A stretch of DNA of 64,000 nucleotides from Dimorphilus gyrociliatus (Eukaryota > Animalia > Annelida): positions 124,001 through 188,000 of the forward strand of contig CAJFCJ010000021.1 in the NCBI GenBank assembly GCA_904063045.1. Reading direction: 5' to 3'. Positions 13,646 through 27,030 of the stretch are shown here, in pieces; the first letter of the stretch is position 1, and every line of letters starts with the position of its first letter. A model generated the notes under the pieces. The model saw nothing but the letters and a program-made list of their open reading frames with translations. It searched no databases and was not told where the DNA came from. The position numbers and the translations under genes are program-made.

Positions 13646-16600
13646 CTGTGAATAAAACAGGCAAAATTAACTTACATCCTTTTTTGTCTTTATTTTTTAT
13701 ATTAAATATAGATTTATCAACGTTTACATGTACAGTATATACAATTAAGCATATATATATATAGATATAAAGTAAATTCAGTGATTATGACCAGTTGCAA
13801 ACAGAATAGGATTAATTTCCTTGAATATCGTATTGATTGGAGAAAATAGTAAAAAAACCCAACATACATCAATTAGGGCACTCATGAATAAAAAGTAGGC
13901 CTAATACTACATATTTAACTTTCACAGCGTTTCTAGGTGATTTAGCTCGATTGTAAACAAACGTAAGCCTAGAATTCATTGATATAAACCCAGTCTAAAA
14001 TAACAAAAGTCTTAAGTACAATTGGGTTCATTAAATACTTTCAAATAATAACCTCTAAAAAATATAGATAATTAATACAATTATGTACATTTTTACTCGA
14101 AATGTGTTATCAGATGATAGAGAAAACATAAAGGTATATTATACATAAATGATGGATACTAGAATTCGTTTCGTTGAAGAAAGTAAATATAAAAAAGTAG
14201 GGGATTTAACAATTGTATGGATAAAGTCTGTTAACTGACAACCATTAGAGACGGTTAATACTTTTAAGATTAGATTTTATTTGGCCACTAGAGATTTAAA
14301 TTTCTGGTTTGTTTAGCACAAGCATTTTCGCGGCCGTTTCCCTATCAAAGAGGCACTTGGCTGATGGGATTCAATTGAATTGATTTTGTGCATTGATTTG
14401 GAACAGAGTTCATGCTTTCTTCACTCTGAATCGGTCGATTGGAAAATATTGTGTACGTGCCATATATATATAAGTAAGAGATACATAAGAAAAAACTTTA
14501 CTACAAGTAAATCGAGCGTAAAAAAGCCAATTTTTCTAGATAAATCTTTCCATATATACCATATCATTAATATAAAAAACACTGGTCCATGCTAATAATA
14601 GCATATCAATGTAATACATAGAAGTTATAAAACCTAGCAATAGACTATAAAAGTCCCCAACAATGTAAATTAAAATTGTTAATTATTAATTATTTCAAAG
14701 TGCAAACCACATTCCTATTTTCATTTCTAAATTATTTATCCTTTATAGAAAGCATTTGATCTCAACATTGTTACAGGCCATGGTAAAACTATACTGTTAA
14801 TGGTGTAGATAACAGAGATAAAAGAGAGTTTTTAAAGACACTATTCCTAGAATACAACTGATAAACGAATAACAGAAATGGGGTATTACTGTATATATAT
14901 TTTTCTCTTTATCCTTTATATCTCTCTAAGGAGAATATGCTACTATTTTCTTCACCTTTCCACTCCAATGACATCCTCTACACTGTTTCTATCTTTCTAT
15001 TATTTACTTTTATCTAAAGTTATATAAAATTTAATTAAGCTAATTATTCTTTTTACCTTAAATTAAAGAAACAGGTTTTACCTTTAAATATCTATCTATT
15101 TTAGTCATAGAACAGGTTTCTATCCTATAGAAAACAAGAGAGACATACTGTAAATTTTATTGGACTTAGATTACAAGATAAACACTTATATTATGAAATA
15201 ATAAAGGATAAATGGGAACAAATTTCAATTGTTAGCTCAGTTGATAATTTTCAAAATTCTTATGATATTTATTAACTTTACATTTGAAGTGTTAATAATG
15301 AAAAAGTATTAAAGGGGCGTTGTTTAATAGTTTTAATATAAAAAGAGGAGAAAAAACAAAAAAAATACCTGAACGTAAAAACTTGAAAGTCAGCATAAAA
15401 TAGTTCTTTTAGAATGATTACATGCATATTGAAAAAAATCGATGTTACATCCTTGTAAGCTAATTTAAAATATTGCAAGATATGCATAAATAAACGTATT
15501 ATATTGCATAATGTTTTATGTGCTTTTGCTATATAATATAGTAATTAGTATGTAATTTGTCTGTAGGTAAATAGTTCCTATTTAATGGACTTTTTTCTTT
15601 TTTTTTTTACTATACGAAGAAATTGTTCTATCAGCGTAAAAGAATAAGATTCAGTTAAAAAGGAGGAGAGAAACTGTAACACACCATCTTCTACAGTGAA
15701 TTATTGCGTTGATGGTTTTTATAACATAAATTGAGCTTACTAACAACCGCTTATTCCCGCTAAATATTTTCGGCTTAATAGTTTTTTACGCCTCATTCAT
15801 TCCAACCGTAAAAATAATAGAACATTATACCTTACTAGCTGATTTTATTTATTACGGTTATATATATAAATTAATTCATATTCGACAATAAACGCCCTAT
15901 AAATAATAGGCTAAATCTTTTTAATCAAACTTCTGTACTGTATTAACGATAAAAGTTTATCTTTCTACCGCAGAGGAAAAAAAAGCACACGAAAAGCCCT
16001 CCCTTGGCCAGCTCTCTTCCCCTATTCCAAACACCTACAATTTCTAAAATAATGAGAGAAGGTCAAGGCTATTTCACCTGTATTCCATTCAATGTTCAAT
16101 AAACGTGATGGTATTTAATTAATTATAAGGGAAGTGTTATTGAAAGAACGAGAACAAGGGAATATGATTAAAATCGTCATTTTCTATACATTCAATATGT
16201 CTAATTAGTGATAACATTAATCTACCTAATCAAGTTAGCTGTATGTTGTTTTAAGATATGGGTATGAACAATTTTATATTATCGATTCCGTGTACATCGT
16301 TAAATCCCTTATTATCTCGATAATCGCTAAGTACGAGAGAAAAATTAGGAGAAGATATGCGTAGTATTAAGAAAGAAATGTTTTTTTTTCCTCCCGTTAT
16401 TTTATATTAGAGAGAGAAAGTGTTAGGCCTAATGATGCTAACCGGCAGAAAATTGTTGGAAAAAGCTTACAAAATTATATTTTTTACGTTATAAAGCCTG
16501 TCTACTCTGGTAAACCTAGAATCTTCGCGTGTTTCTTGTCGATTTATGACTAAAATATATAATATTTTTATAAGATTACCGTCCAAGTCGGTTATATACT

Positions 16601-18417
16601 AAAAGGTTTTTCTTAGGCCAAAGTGGACCTTTCTATGCCTTTTTTATGCCTCCAAAAAATTCCGGTAAAGTATTCAGGAAGAAAAAGATGGACGCCCAGA
16701 AAAGAAAGCACTCTACCTAATCGGGCGACTAATAGAATGGATAAATAAAGCTGTAAATTTTGTTCCACCCTTCTCCTATTTCATTTTCCAGTTCAACCCT
16801 TTTTTCCTACTCATTTTCCTTTATTATCCTAGTTTTCTCTTCTCTAGAAAATAGGCCAACATAGAGACGTGACTAGTAATTCATAAATCGCCGTCCGCCA
16901 ATAAAACGATCGACAATAGGAAGGCAGACAAGAAAGTGATTGTGTAGCCATGGTAACAATTTACTCTCCCCATCTACATTGATTTCTATTCAACTATACC
17001 GCTCAAAGAGGTGAAAGATGTTTGCAAACTCTCCAGACCTACTCATTTTCCTCACTAATCTCATATGTAAATAAGGGAAACCTTTCTCTGAAAATTTTTA
17101 TATTAAAGAACAAAATTGACGGAAAGATGACGAGGGGATAAATGATAGCATACGATATTATATATTGTACAGGTGTTATATTTATCAGTCAGTGTGAGAT
17201 GAGAAGAGGGAATTTGTTATTTTCTGGCAGGCAATTAATTAAATCATGTAATAATTCAGGAATAGGAAAGAAATAACAGGAACGAATAATAATTAATTAA
17301 CGAACAAGATACTATTATTTACATAAGCGCTCTCTTTAGCTAAACCCTCATACAACTAGACATTATAAAGCTTCATTCAAAGCTACCCCTCCGACATCAG
17401 AAATATATAAAAGCTCCAGTATACTCGATCAACAATTAATTTAAGACGTTTAAGCAAAGAGTAAGTATGAAAGGCTCGATAGTTCAATCTAGAAGAGAAA
17501 AAGAGCTAGACTTGTTATATTTTTTCCTCTTTCTGGCTATTTGAGTGCTCTTAAAATACTATAGAAACGTTTTACTACTGTAACATTTAAGCCTAACTTC
17601 TAAAAATAATACTGTACCTAATATAAAGTCAATTTTTTTATGAAATTTGATACATTAAACAAAATATAAATAAGGGCGTAGGAAAAACATGTTGGAGATG
17701 TAAGACAAAAGGAGTTGATTAGTAACAACGCTAAACGATAAAAAAAGACAGTAAATTATTCAAAAGAGAAAAAAAATAGAATTTCTCTTCTTTCTATATT
17801 CGTATTAAAGATGATTTGTTAAACTTTAAAATATTTTCTTTCTTACCAATTTGATTAATAGTAAGTTTCTTCTTTGATTGTTTTCTAAAAATACTCTAAA
17901 TTAGTTCTTTGTTTTACTATTTTCCTAGATGTATTTAGCGCATAAACTATGTATGTTTCGTTTTCATTAATAAACGCTTCACTAATATAACTTACACGAA
18001 CAGTATGAAAGAATAATTAACCTTTAGTAAAACTATGAAGGAAGTTAGAATCTTTTGTTGACTAATCAATGATTTCGTGTGACGTTCATGCTGTTTATTG
18101 ATCATAAAATGAGTATTTCAACTTTGAAAGTTAAATATATTGTATAACAATTTTATTACATCATTTTCAAACTCTTAGCATTTTTCAGCTGGAAATTCAA
18201 GTATTTCTTTTATATTATTCAGCGCATTTTAACTATGTTGAAGAGATCAACAGTAATTGATTGCTCCAATGTGTAAAAAATAAAAGGCACAGTATGAAAA
18301 GATCAATAAAATGAAGACTATTTAGAGATTCATTAATGATTCTTTAGTTTAACGACAATAAGACATAACGAGCAAAAAATAACGTAAATCTAAAAGAGTA
18401 ATTAGCTAAAGACTTAC

Positions 18418-18742
18418 CGGGTAAGGTGACGAATGTTATCAATGATTTGTTCCTACTAGGTAATCCTTGGTTATCATAACTGACCAAGTAGACGTAGTAT
18501 TCGGTGGAAGGTAATAACTGTCTGAGAAGTACCCGATCAAATTGCCCCCCTAGTCTAGCAATAACTTGATCGGATTTTTCTGAACGATATCTAATCTCGT
18601 AGGAATGAACCCTTTGATTAGGTGCTATCTTCCACTCGATAACCACAGTATCCGATCCAAGATTACTTATGGTTAAATTTCTAGGCGGCAATAGGCCTAA
18701 TAAACCTTTAACGAAGAGGAGAGTTAGTAGTATAGTTTGCAT
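18418..18742 (-). CDS. FNDC4/FNDC5-like type I membrane protein, coding exon 1 (signal peptide + fibronectin type III domain)
   Basis: Hydrophobic leader MQTILLTLLFVKGLLG, then an FN3 pattern (PPRNLT..V.IEW..Y.I.Y..L..L.PSTEY.V.L..FVT). Donor CCC G|GTAAGT at 18418/18417, phase 1. An acceptor (ttttgcag) 20 nt upstream of the ATG implies a 5' UTR exon further up. Confidence 0.88.
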
Positions 18743-21600
18743 ATGAGAAGTTGTTCATCCAACTGCAAAAAATGTTTGAAACCTAACTCTCTCCCAAACA
18801 GAGAGCTTGCTTGACTGCAATACGCTAATATCGTACTGCTTTTATTCTCGATTTTGCAGTTCGACGCGCCGTCTCGGCGTCAAACCACACCCAATCTCCG
18901 TACCAACTCCTCAAAACTGATAGGTGCTGTAGTAGAGGAAAATCATTAGGTTTCGAATAGAAACTTTTTCTGTTTATATGTTAAATAGAGTGTTGAAAAT
19001 TTCATTACGCAGAAAAATACTTAACAATTGAGTAAAACTATAAATAAAATAGGATAGAATCATAGATAAATGGAAATAGAATGTCTACTAAAGACTATAT
19101 GCTACCTTACATGATTTATGTTCGTACGGAGTTTGCGATTGAATATACGAAGATAGAAATAAAGTTTGTATGTTTAGCATGAAAACATGATAAAATATTT
19201 AATAAATATTTAAAAGTACATATATTTTTATTGTTTATTAGATATACGAATATAGATACTTTATGTATATCTACATATATATATATATGCGTATTAGGAT
19301 ATATAGAAAAAACCAATAATCATCTAATAACGATTCATTAAAAGTTTTACAAATTATACTTTCTTGTAAATGATGAGGCTATTAATCAACTAAGATAATT
19401 ATCAACTAGTTGTATAAAACGCACTTAAGTATTATAACAATTAAATTTTGGCCCTTTTTTTCTACATTATATCAATTTCTATTTACCTCCATTTTCCATT
19501 CATAACGCACATATTGATAGGGGATACGATCGCTGTTTCACCGCTGTCTGTCTCTCAGTTTTTCCCTTCTCTCTCATTCGTCGCCTCTTTCGATCGCCCC
19601 CTCTCTTTTTTCTTTCCTCTCTCTCTCGCTCTCTCTCTCTCTCTATCTCTGTCTCTTTCTATGTGTCGGTCTCTCTCTCTCTCACACCCTCTTCCTATTC
19701 TACCCCCGCTGAGGAAGCTTCTCACTAGTGAAATGAGAAGAACAAAAATATTGTAACGTCACGTGACTGAATAGTAGAATTTTTTCATATTCCTCAACAT
19801 ACTTATTGAAATTAGTTTATGGGTTCTATTAGTCACTAGAAACAAACACATATTCCTATTTGGCTGTGTTCAATTATTGATAAGGCATCTAATGTATGGT
19901 ACTGTAACTCTAACAATGAACTAGACAATCAATCAATACACTAATTGCAAGCATATACATCTAAGACATATGGCGCAATACGGTTGGGATACAATTAAAA
20001 GTCCACATGTTTCCAATCATACAAGCAATAATCTGTGTGGTAAATATTATACATTACAATAAAGGCATATAGTTCACTGCCTACCCTTAATACAAATTTT
20101 GCATAATACAAAAATTGTACAGTCCGTTGTCAGCTTGGTAACAATTGTGTCCGTTGCTTTTAGTATAGAATTATAATTTTATCAATATATATATATATAT
20201 ATATATATGTATACATATATGAACAATATACCCTTTTATGATATTTGTGTATGTATAGCATAATACACAGTTCACAGTTGCCGATAGTTTATTAAATACT
20301 GTTTATAAGCCACGCTTTACATTTATAAGAATATCTAGTTTAAATGTTCAAATACAAAAAGTTGATCTTAGATTGATCCTTCCTCTATCATTAATACTGG
20401 AAATGTACTGTTACGCAAGTCTATACAGAATTATCTTATTTGCTTGTTTAAATGAAAATAGGAAATTATGTTAGCTTATGTAGCATCATTTACTGTATAT
20501 AAGGAAGAAATCTATATAAGCATTGATCTTAGTGGGCCCTAAAGACCTCTGAAAGCGCCTCTGTCTTACGAAAATTACCTGTCAAATCCCTTATCCTCTA
20601 GACCATTCAATTCCGTTGTAGATTTACTGAGTAATCAAACATTCTATTTTTAAAGTTTATAGATATAGATTTACATTAAAAGAATGCCTAAAAAAGATAT
20701 ATCTTTATGTTCTTATAGAATGTTTTACGGCTGATTTTAATAGGCTTCAATCATTACTTTTTGCTTAAGATTTATTTATTTACAAAGCAATCCAAAAATC
20801 ATATAGTATTCTGTAAGATTTTGTTTATTTATTCCTTGTTGTCATCTAATACGTTTAGGAGTTTTTCGCTCAAGGTCTAAATTATAAATCTATTTAATGA
20901 GCACGTTTTTGCCACTAAATAACATTTTAGCAAGTGCTTGTAATAACAATAATAATTAAAAAAATACTCACTCTTTAATGCTAATTTATTATAAAATACA
21001 TTTAAAAAAGAGAGACAGAAGATTAAGCTAGAATATCCACAGATCTTTTAAAATAGGAGAGCACCTGTTTTGTTTATAGGCCTATATGTGTTATTTTTTT
21101 TTTGTTTCTTGATAACTCTTGCTGATGAATAGGTCAAACGCCATCTATATATCACTTCCTTTGGGTAGAGATAGATGCATATAAATATACAATATATGAG
21201 TGCTTTGAGTGCAAGTCAATGATATAGTAATTCTTGTATTGTATTACCAATAAACATGCAATGTTATTAACTCTTATGCAATAAAAGAACTGAACAGGAC
21301 ACAGGAAAAGAGACAGATGAGAAAATACGAAAAGATAAAGAAGCTATGGGTGGGATAAAGTAAATGGAGAAAATGATCTTTTGGAGCGAAAAATATTGAG
21401 ACAAGGGGAATGAAAATTGTGAGTGAGTGGGGGAATGAGTGACTGAGTGAGCAAATGAATCAGTAAGCCAAAAGAAAAAGAAAGAAAGGAAACGGAAGAA
21501 ATAGAGAAAGCGAGAGAGAGAGAGAGAGCGTGTGTCTCTCTATGTGTGTGTATATATATGCGTGTATGTGTGTTTGTATTTATGAGAGCGTATATGCAAA

Positions 21601-21610
<10 letters not shown>

Positions 21611-21658
<48 letters not shown>
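21611..21658. repeat. (AG)n microsatellite, the longest of many
   Basis: Pure AG run. Similar GA/CT tracts occur near 7349, 9300, 19600, 23594, 30928, 33509, 36977, 46150 and 47331. Confidence 0.95.
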
Positions 21659-21661
<3 letters not shown>

Positions 21662-23592
21662 GGAGAGGAGAGGGAAAACAGAAAAAACAAATACAAATGA
21701 TTCATGAATAAATCCCATCATAACTTAGATGGAATATTGTTTATACAAAATTATTAAACGGCTAATCTAAAAATATATAATTTGTATAGAATATATATAT
21801 ATATATATATACAATTTAGAAATTTTTGTATATAGATACTATTAATAACATACGCCATATATAAATATTGTAATATTTATGATATACATGTGTACAACAT
21901 ACATCATGGTGAATTCTTATCAGTAAAATAGAAATTGCTTATCATTGTGGTTCTCTTTCGTCGCTAAAATTGCTGTACTTGATTAATACTTGCTGAATTT
22001 GTAGACTTTAATATCTTTGCATTTGAAATGGTGATAATAATCTGTGTTATTTATATTCTAACTGACAATATCTTTCTCTCTCTTATGTTAGTATATTTCT
22101 TCCTTTTAAGTCTATTTATTCATAAATATTCTATCATCTATATCAATTTGAGTGTATTTTATTTTTGGATTATTCTCTCATAAGTCTATATTTCCTTTAA
22201 CCCCTATTTTAAATTTCCGTTATGAAGTTATTATCTCCAAGAAAAAACTTTTATTTACGATATGAATTTAGAATTTATCATCTAATTGTCGACTTTTGTT
22301 GGGCGTCTATTTTGGTTTCTTTTTTTATATTTATATAAATAGTTTCACGCGTCATTTTTGGTACTTTACACATTTTGGCAGTATTTTTTTTATTCTCATC
22401 TCGTTACACAATTGTTCCTTCGTGTGCAGCCAGTAAAACTCCCAAGAGAGTCTTGGTGTTTAGTGTTTCTTTGCAATTAATTTGTTTCAATAAAAAGTAT
22501 CATAAAAATTTTATATTTAAGAGAGAAGAAGGGGAAATTCAAAGCTTTTAATTAAAAGTAACATTATCTATCACATAATTCTTGGAAAGATAAAAACCTA
22601 AGAGAAATCTATTATTTTATATATATATATATATAAACCATATATGGAACAAAACTATAACGGGCTATTTTACTCCTTTCACTAAAAATTCTCGACAGAG
22701 CAATAATTTTATTTGATTAATTCTCTTTAAGTAATATTCACCGTATCAGACCCAGGGATTAGAAAGGCAGTAAATCGTTCCATAAACTCGGTTAAAATGA
22801 TAAATAACCTCAAATAAGGAATGCGTAAAAAAGATTTATATATATAATACGATATATACTGGAATACTGGAGAATGTTTACACAATACATTCAGCATGTT
22901 CAGTATTATTTTTCTTATAATACAGAATGTATACAGCTGGCAAAATTGTGTATTATTCTGATTTTCTCCTCCTAAAGTGATGTATCCTTTAAACAGGTCA
23001 GTTTTTTTTTTTTTACTTTAATGTGTACTTAATAGACGTTTCCTTGAATTTATTAAATTTTTTCTGATCAAGATAGATATGGATTATTAGGTAACGTAAA
23101 GTACTTAAAAAAAATTAGATAAATCTTATATAATATGTTTTAAAACCTTGTTAATTTGTTACAAAACCTTAGAAACTTTTTCTTAACAACATTTAAATTT
23201 TAATGGTGAGTTACGCCGCGGGAAATTTAGAACTTTTCAAGTTCAAGGATGAAAGTATTTTCGAGCATGATTTCTTTATTTGACTGCCTCTCCTTTCCCT
23301 TCATACACTCCCTTTTCACTCCCACAAGAAATGATCTAATTAAGTTTTTTGGAATAAAATAAGAATACTTGAGAGAATAATAACACACTTTATAAGATTT
23401 AGTTTAGTCTTTCTCTCTTTCTAAAATATGAATAGCACTGTAATTTTTTCAAGGTTCTCTTCATTTTTGGACAGCGTTTTCTATCGTTCGCTACGTCAAA
23501 GCGATAGAAACGAAGAGAAATGATAAAAGAGGGAAAGAGATAGAGAGATAGAGAGAAGTAAAGGAAAAATGAATGAATGAGAGAAAGAGAAA

Positions 23593-23623
<31 letters not shown>

Positions 23624-24256
23624 TTGATGGAGGAATATTTACATATTTAAATACGAGAACTTTCTACTTACATCATCAATTCTCCTTTTTACTGATTAGA
23701 TCGAAAATATTTTTTGAATAAATTTACTAAAAAAGTTAATTAACTGTAAACAGGAAAGATTTACAGATTTAATAGACGAAATCCAATAAACAAACTAATA
23801 AACAAAAAGCGGAAATGTTTCTAAACGGATCAGCTTAATCCATCTTCACTGTATTAGAACAGCTCACTTGCATTAATGATACATGAAATAAATATAAAAT
23901 GTATCTCCGCAAAACAGAATCGTAAAGGGTATTGCTGTTGATCCTATATCTTACTTTCATCGAACTTTACTGTCCATTATCGACTAAGCTTGAAATTCTC
24001 TCTACGACTGTATATTCGCTCTTAATAGAAAATCAACAAATATTACAAATTTATGTATAAACACAGTGAAAACCAGCATTTACTTAAAAATAAACACGAA
24101 AGTACATTTTATTGCAGTATTCCTACTGAATTCATTTTAATAAAAATAGAACATTCAATATACAAATCTATATTCTATTATTTATGTATACAGTATACTT
24201 TATAAATACAGTATATGTATACTTATTCGTTTGTTTCGCTGATAAATATAGATTGG

Positions 24257-24998
24257 TGGCGCCCTCTAGTGTCTTATACTTAGCTAATTATTTGTTATAA
24301 CTATTGACGGAAGGTGTGGAAAGAATTTGCGGAATCTTGCAGTCAGTTAAAAAAAATTAAAAGAAATTTTTTTCAAGTGTGAAAAACTATTTTTATAAAT
24401 TTTAGAATATTTTATATTCTGAATAGCTAATTATATTTGTTAAAAGTAGCCGTTGATGAATAAAAAGGTGCTTGAAAATTCTCCAATTACACCTTTCAAA
24501 CGAAGGCCGTTTTTATTATATTTTTATTAGGTAAAAAAGATTCTTTCAAGGTCGAGAATAGAAGTGTCGAAATAAAAAAAAAGAATATAGGATGCAAATA
24601 ATGGTGTAACAAAATATTCGAATAAGAGAAATTGGTAGAGAGATACTACTAATGAATAATAATAAAGGAAAACAGTTTTAACAAACAAATCCTTGGTCTT
24701 TTAAGATGAAATTCCTAATCTTATTTATTTCGTAAGTCAATCAGTATATTGTATATTTGTAAGTGATAGTGATCATTCAATAAGAAAAATGAATGGATTA
24801 TATAAAGTGTAGTTGGTAGAATCTTAAAAAGCTACGCTATAGAAAATATCTCCTTTTTTTTCATTAGGTTTTATTTTTTGCTTGTTTGCAATTGTCGTTT
24901 TCCAATTAATTCGAGTGTTTCTCTTAAATTTCCTTCCGTATAACATAGAATAATAATTACACGAAGGATATAGAAATTTTTCTACAATAGATGGCGTT
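24257..24998. promoter_or_regulatory. Divergent pair of CTCF-like motifs between the FNDC-like and LRR genes
   Basis: TGGCGCCCTCTAGTG (reverse, 24257) and CAATAGATGGCG (forward, 24985). Confidence 0.55.
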
Positions 24999-25631
24999 GG
25001 TTTTGTACACAATAAGAATCCTAATACTATTTTTTTCCTTTTCCGAGTTGAAAAGTTTCTCTTTTCTCTCTTTCTTTTGGTTAGCCATTTATCCTATATT
25101 TTATTGGTTTAATGAATAATAATAAGATGTTTTTCTCTCCTAAAATAAGTACCGCAATCAGTCTAAAAGCAATCAAATGGAGTAGCAGTTCCTTTTAATT
25201 CGACCCTAAATAATCTTTCATTCTTTTCTATCTGACTAAAAAATAACTTTTAACTAGATAAAAGCGGCTGCCAAGACGGATATACTTTTATCCCGAGTGG
25301 TCTAATTTTGTATATATCTATTCCGTAGGTCCTAAACTAAGAAATACGGCTCGGGTATAGAAAGAAATTGCTTATCCGGGGAATCTTCTTATATATAAAT
25401 CCCTTAGGGATTAATATTTCGTTTTTCACTAGATCGTTGTATTCAGAAGAAGACAACTACGTAAAAAAATAAATAAAATAATATGGCAGTAAAATATTGT
25501 AACTCTTTATCCTTTCTTTTCTTTTAAATCTCCATAGCTTTTCTTTTGGTTAAAAAGAACATAAAACAAAAAAAGAAACATATGATGAAATAAAACAGGA
25601 ATAACATAAAAATGTTGTTATTGCATATACA

Positions 25632-26783
25632 CTAGAAATCCTCCCATTTATAAACCCTTAGTGGACCTTCGTGGTTAATATCTCGTCCTGGAACCAAACT
25701 CATACGATCCCCTTGAACTAAATCAGGCTTGGAATTAGCGAATGTCTTTGTTTTTTGCAAAGTTGAAAAGTATAAAACGTCTTTATCATGTTCATATTTT
25801 ATAATAGAAGGACTTTTGGAATCTTTTCTAGCTTTTCCTTTTTTCCTCCTCCACTTCTTTCTTCTACTCGAACTTATACAATATACAACAGTGGCAACTA
25901 CGCCACAGAGAACTAAAACGCAAGCGACGCTAACGAATACGGTCATCAGGGACACTCTGCCCGTCATTCCTCGACCTTTCCTAACAACCTTGCCCTCCGT
26001 GTACGAAGTTATACTGGGAGTTGTAAATAAATTTTTGCTCATATCCGTCATTTTAGAATCTTCTTTCAGTTCTTCCCTCTCTTCTGCGGGTTGCTCATTA
26101 AGGGATCTCTCTGTGGCTTCGAAGGGTTTGTTAGTAGGTAAGGCTGAAGAGCATTGATTAAACGCCCTAGGAAGAGTACTGTTCATCAAATGGACGTCGT
26201 CAACATCCTTTAAACTTTTCGGTATCCGGAAGTTTTCGGTTGGATTATGGCAGATAATCGAAGCGAATGAATCGATAGCTATAGTGGTTGCAAGAATCCA
26301 TTGCTTGAACCATTTTACATTCGAATCGCACCATAGTCTATTAGAAGTAAACTTAAACATTGATAGATTCGGCAAATCAACCAAAAAGTTTGCGCTGAAT
26401 GTATGCAAATCATTCGAAAGCATTGATAATGATTTCAATGGTCTTAAGCCACTCCTTAAAGTCCTAGAACACATAAGATTCCTGGCAATAGACGGGCTAG
26501 AATCTATTGATAATCTTTCCAAGCGCTTCGTATAATTAAATAACGACTTTCCCATATATATATTGGTCGAGATATAGGACATGGTTAAACGGTTCAGATT
26601 ACGTAATCCCCGGAAAGATTTTGAAGGTAAAGATTGAAGGGGATTTACGGATAATTGTAAAGTTGTAAGATTGTAATTCTCCCTGAAAGTATTTTCCTCG
26701 ATTGTTGTTAAGTTGTTGACGCTAAAGTCGACGTGCTTCAGGTTACGTAAGTTCTTCAAAGCGTTTCCGTCAATTCTCCTTAT
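25632..26783 (-). CDS. LRR transmembrane protein, coding exon 2 (LRRs, LRRCT, TM, cytoplasmic tail)
   Basis: Acceptor caacag|ATA at 26784/26783, phase 0, after a 247-nt intron. Further LRRs, WCD..W..C..P LRRCT, TM VFVSVACVLVLCGVVATVVYCI, basic stop-transfer segment. Joined protein is 721 aa. Confidence 0.93.
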   Translation of the reverse strand: MRRIDGNALKNLRNLKHVDFSVNNLTTIEENTFRENYNLTTLQLSVNPLQSLPSKSFRGLRNLNRLTMSYISTNIYMGKSLFNYTKRLERLSIDSSPSIARNLMCSRTLRSGLRPLKSLSMLSNDLHTFSANFLVDLPNLSMFKFTSNRLWCDSNVKWFKQWILATTIAIDSFASIICHNPTENFRIPKSLKDVDDVHLMNSTLPRAFNQCSSALPTNKPFEATERSLNEQPAEEREELKEDSKMTDMSKNLFTTPSITSYTEGKVVRKGRGMTGRVSLMTVFVSVACVLVLCGVVATVVYCISSSRRKKWRRKKGKARKDSKSPSIIKYEHDKDVLYFSTLQKTKTFANSKPDLVQGDRMSLVPGRDINHEGPLRVYKWEDF

Positions 26784-27030
26784 CTGTTGAGTATATATAT
26801 AGAATAAAAGAAAAGCAGTTATATAAACCTTATATTATATTCATCTTTCGTAAAGCTTTTTACCCTCATCCCTTATCCGGTTTAATGAAATCTCATATAT
26901 TTACACTAAACAAATTAGATTTATTCATTAAACAATTATTACCTTATGCTAAATTGATTCTGATATTATTCTTCTAATAATCCCAACAAAAGGGAAGTTA
27001 TGTAATCTAACATAATTATTATTTACTTAC

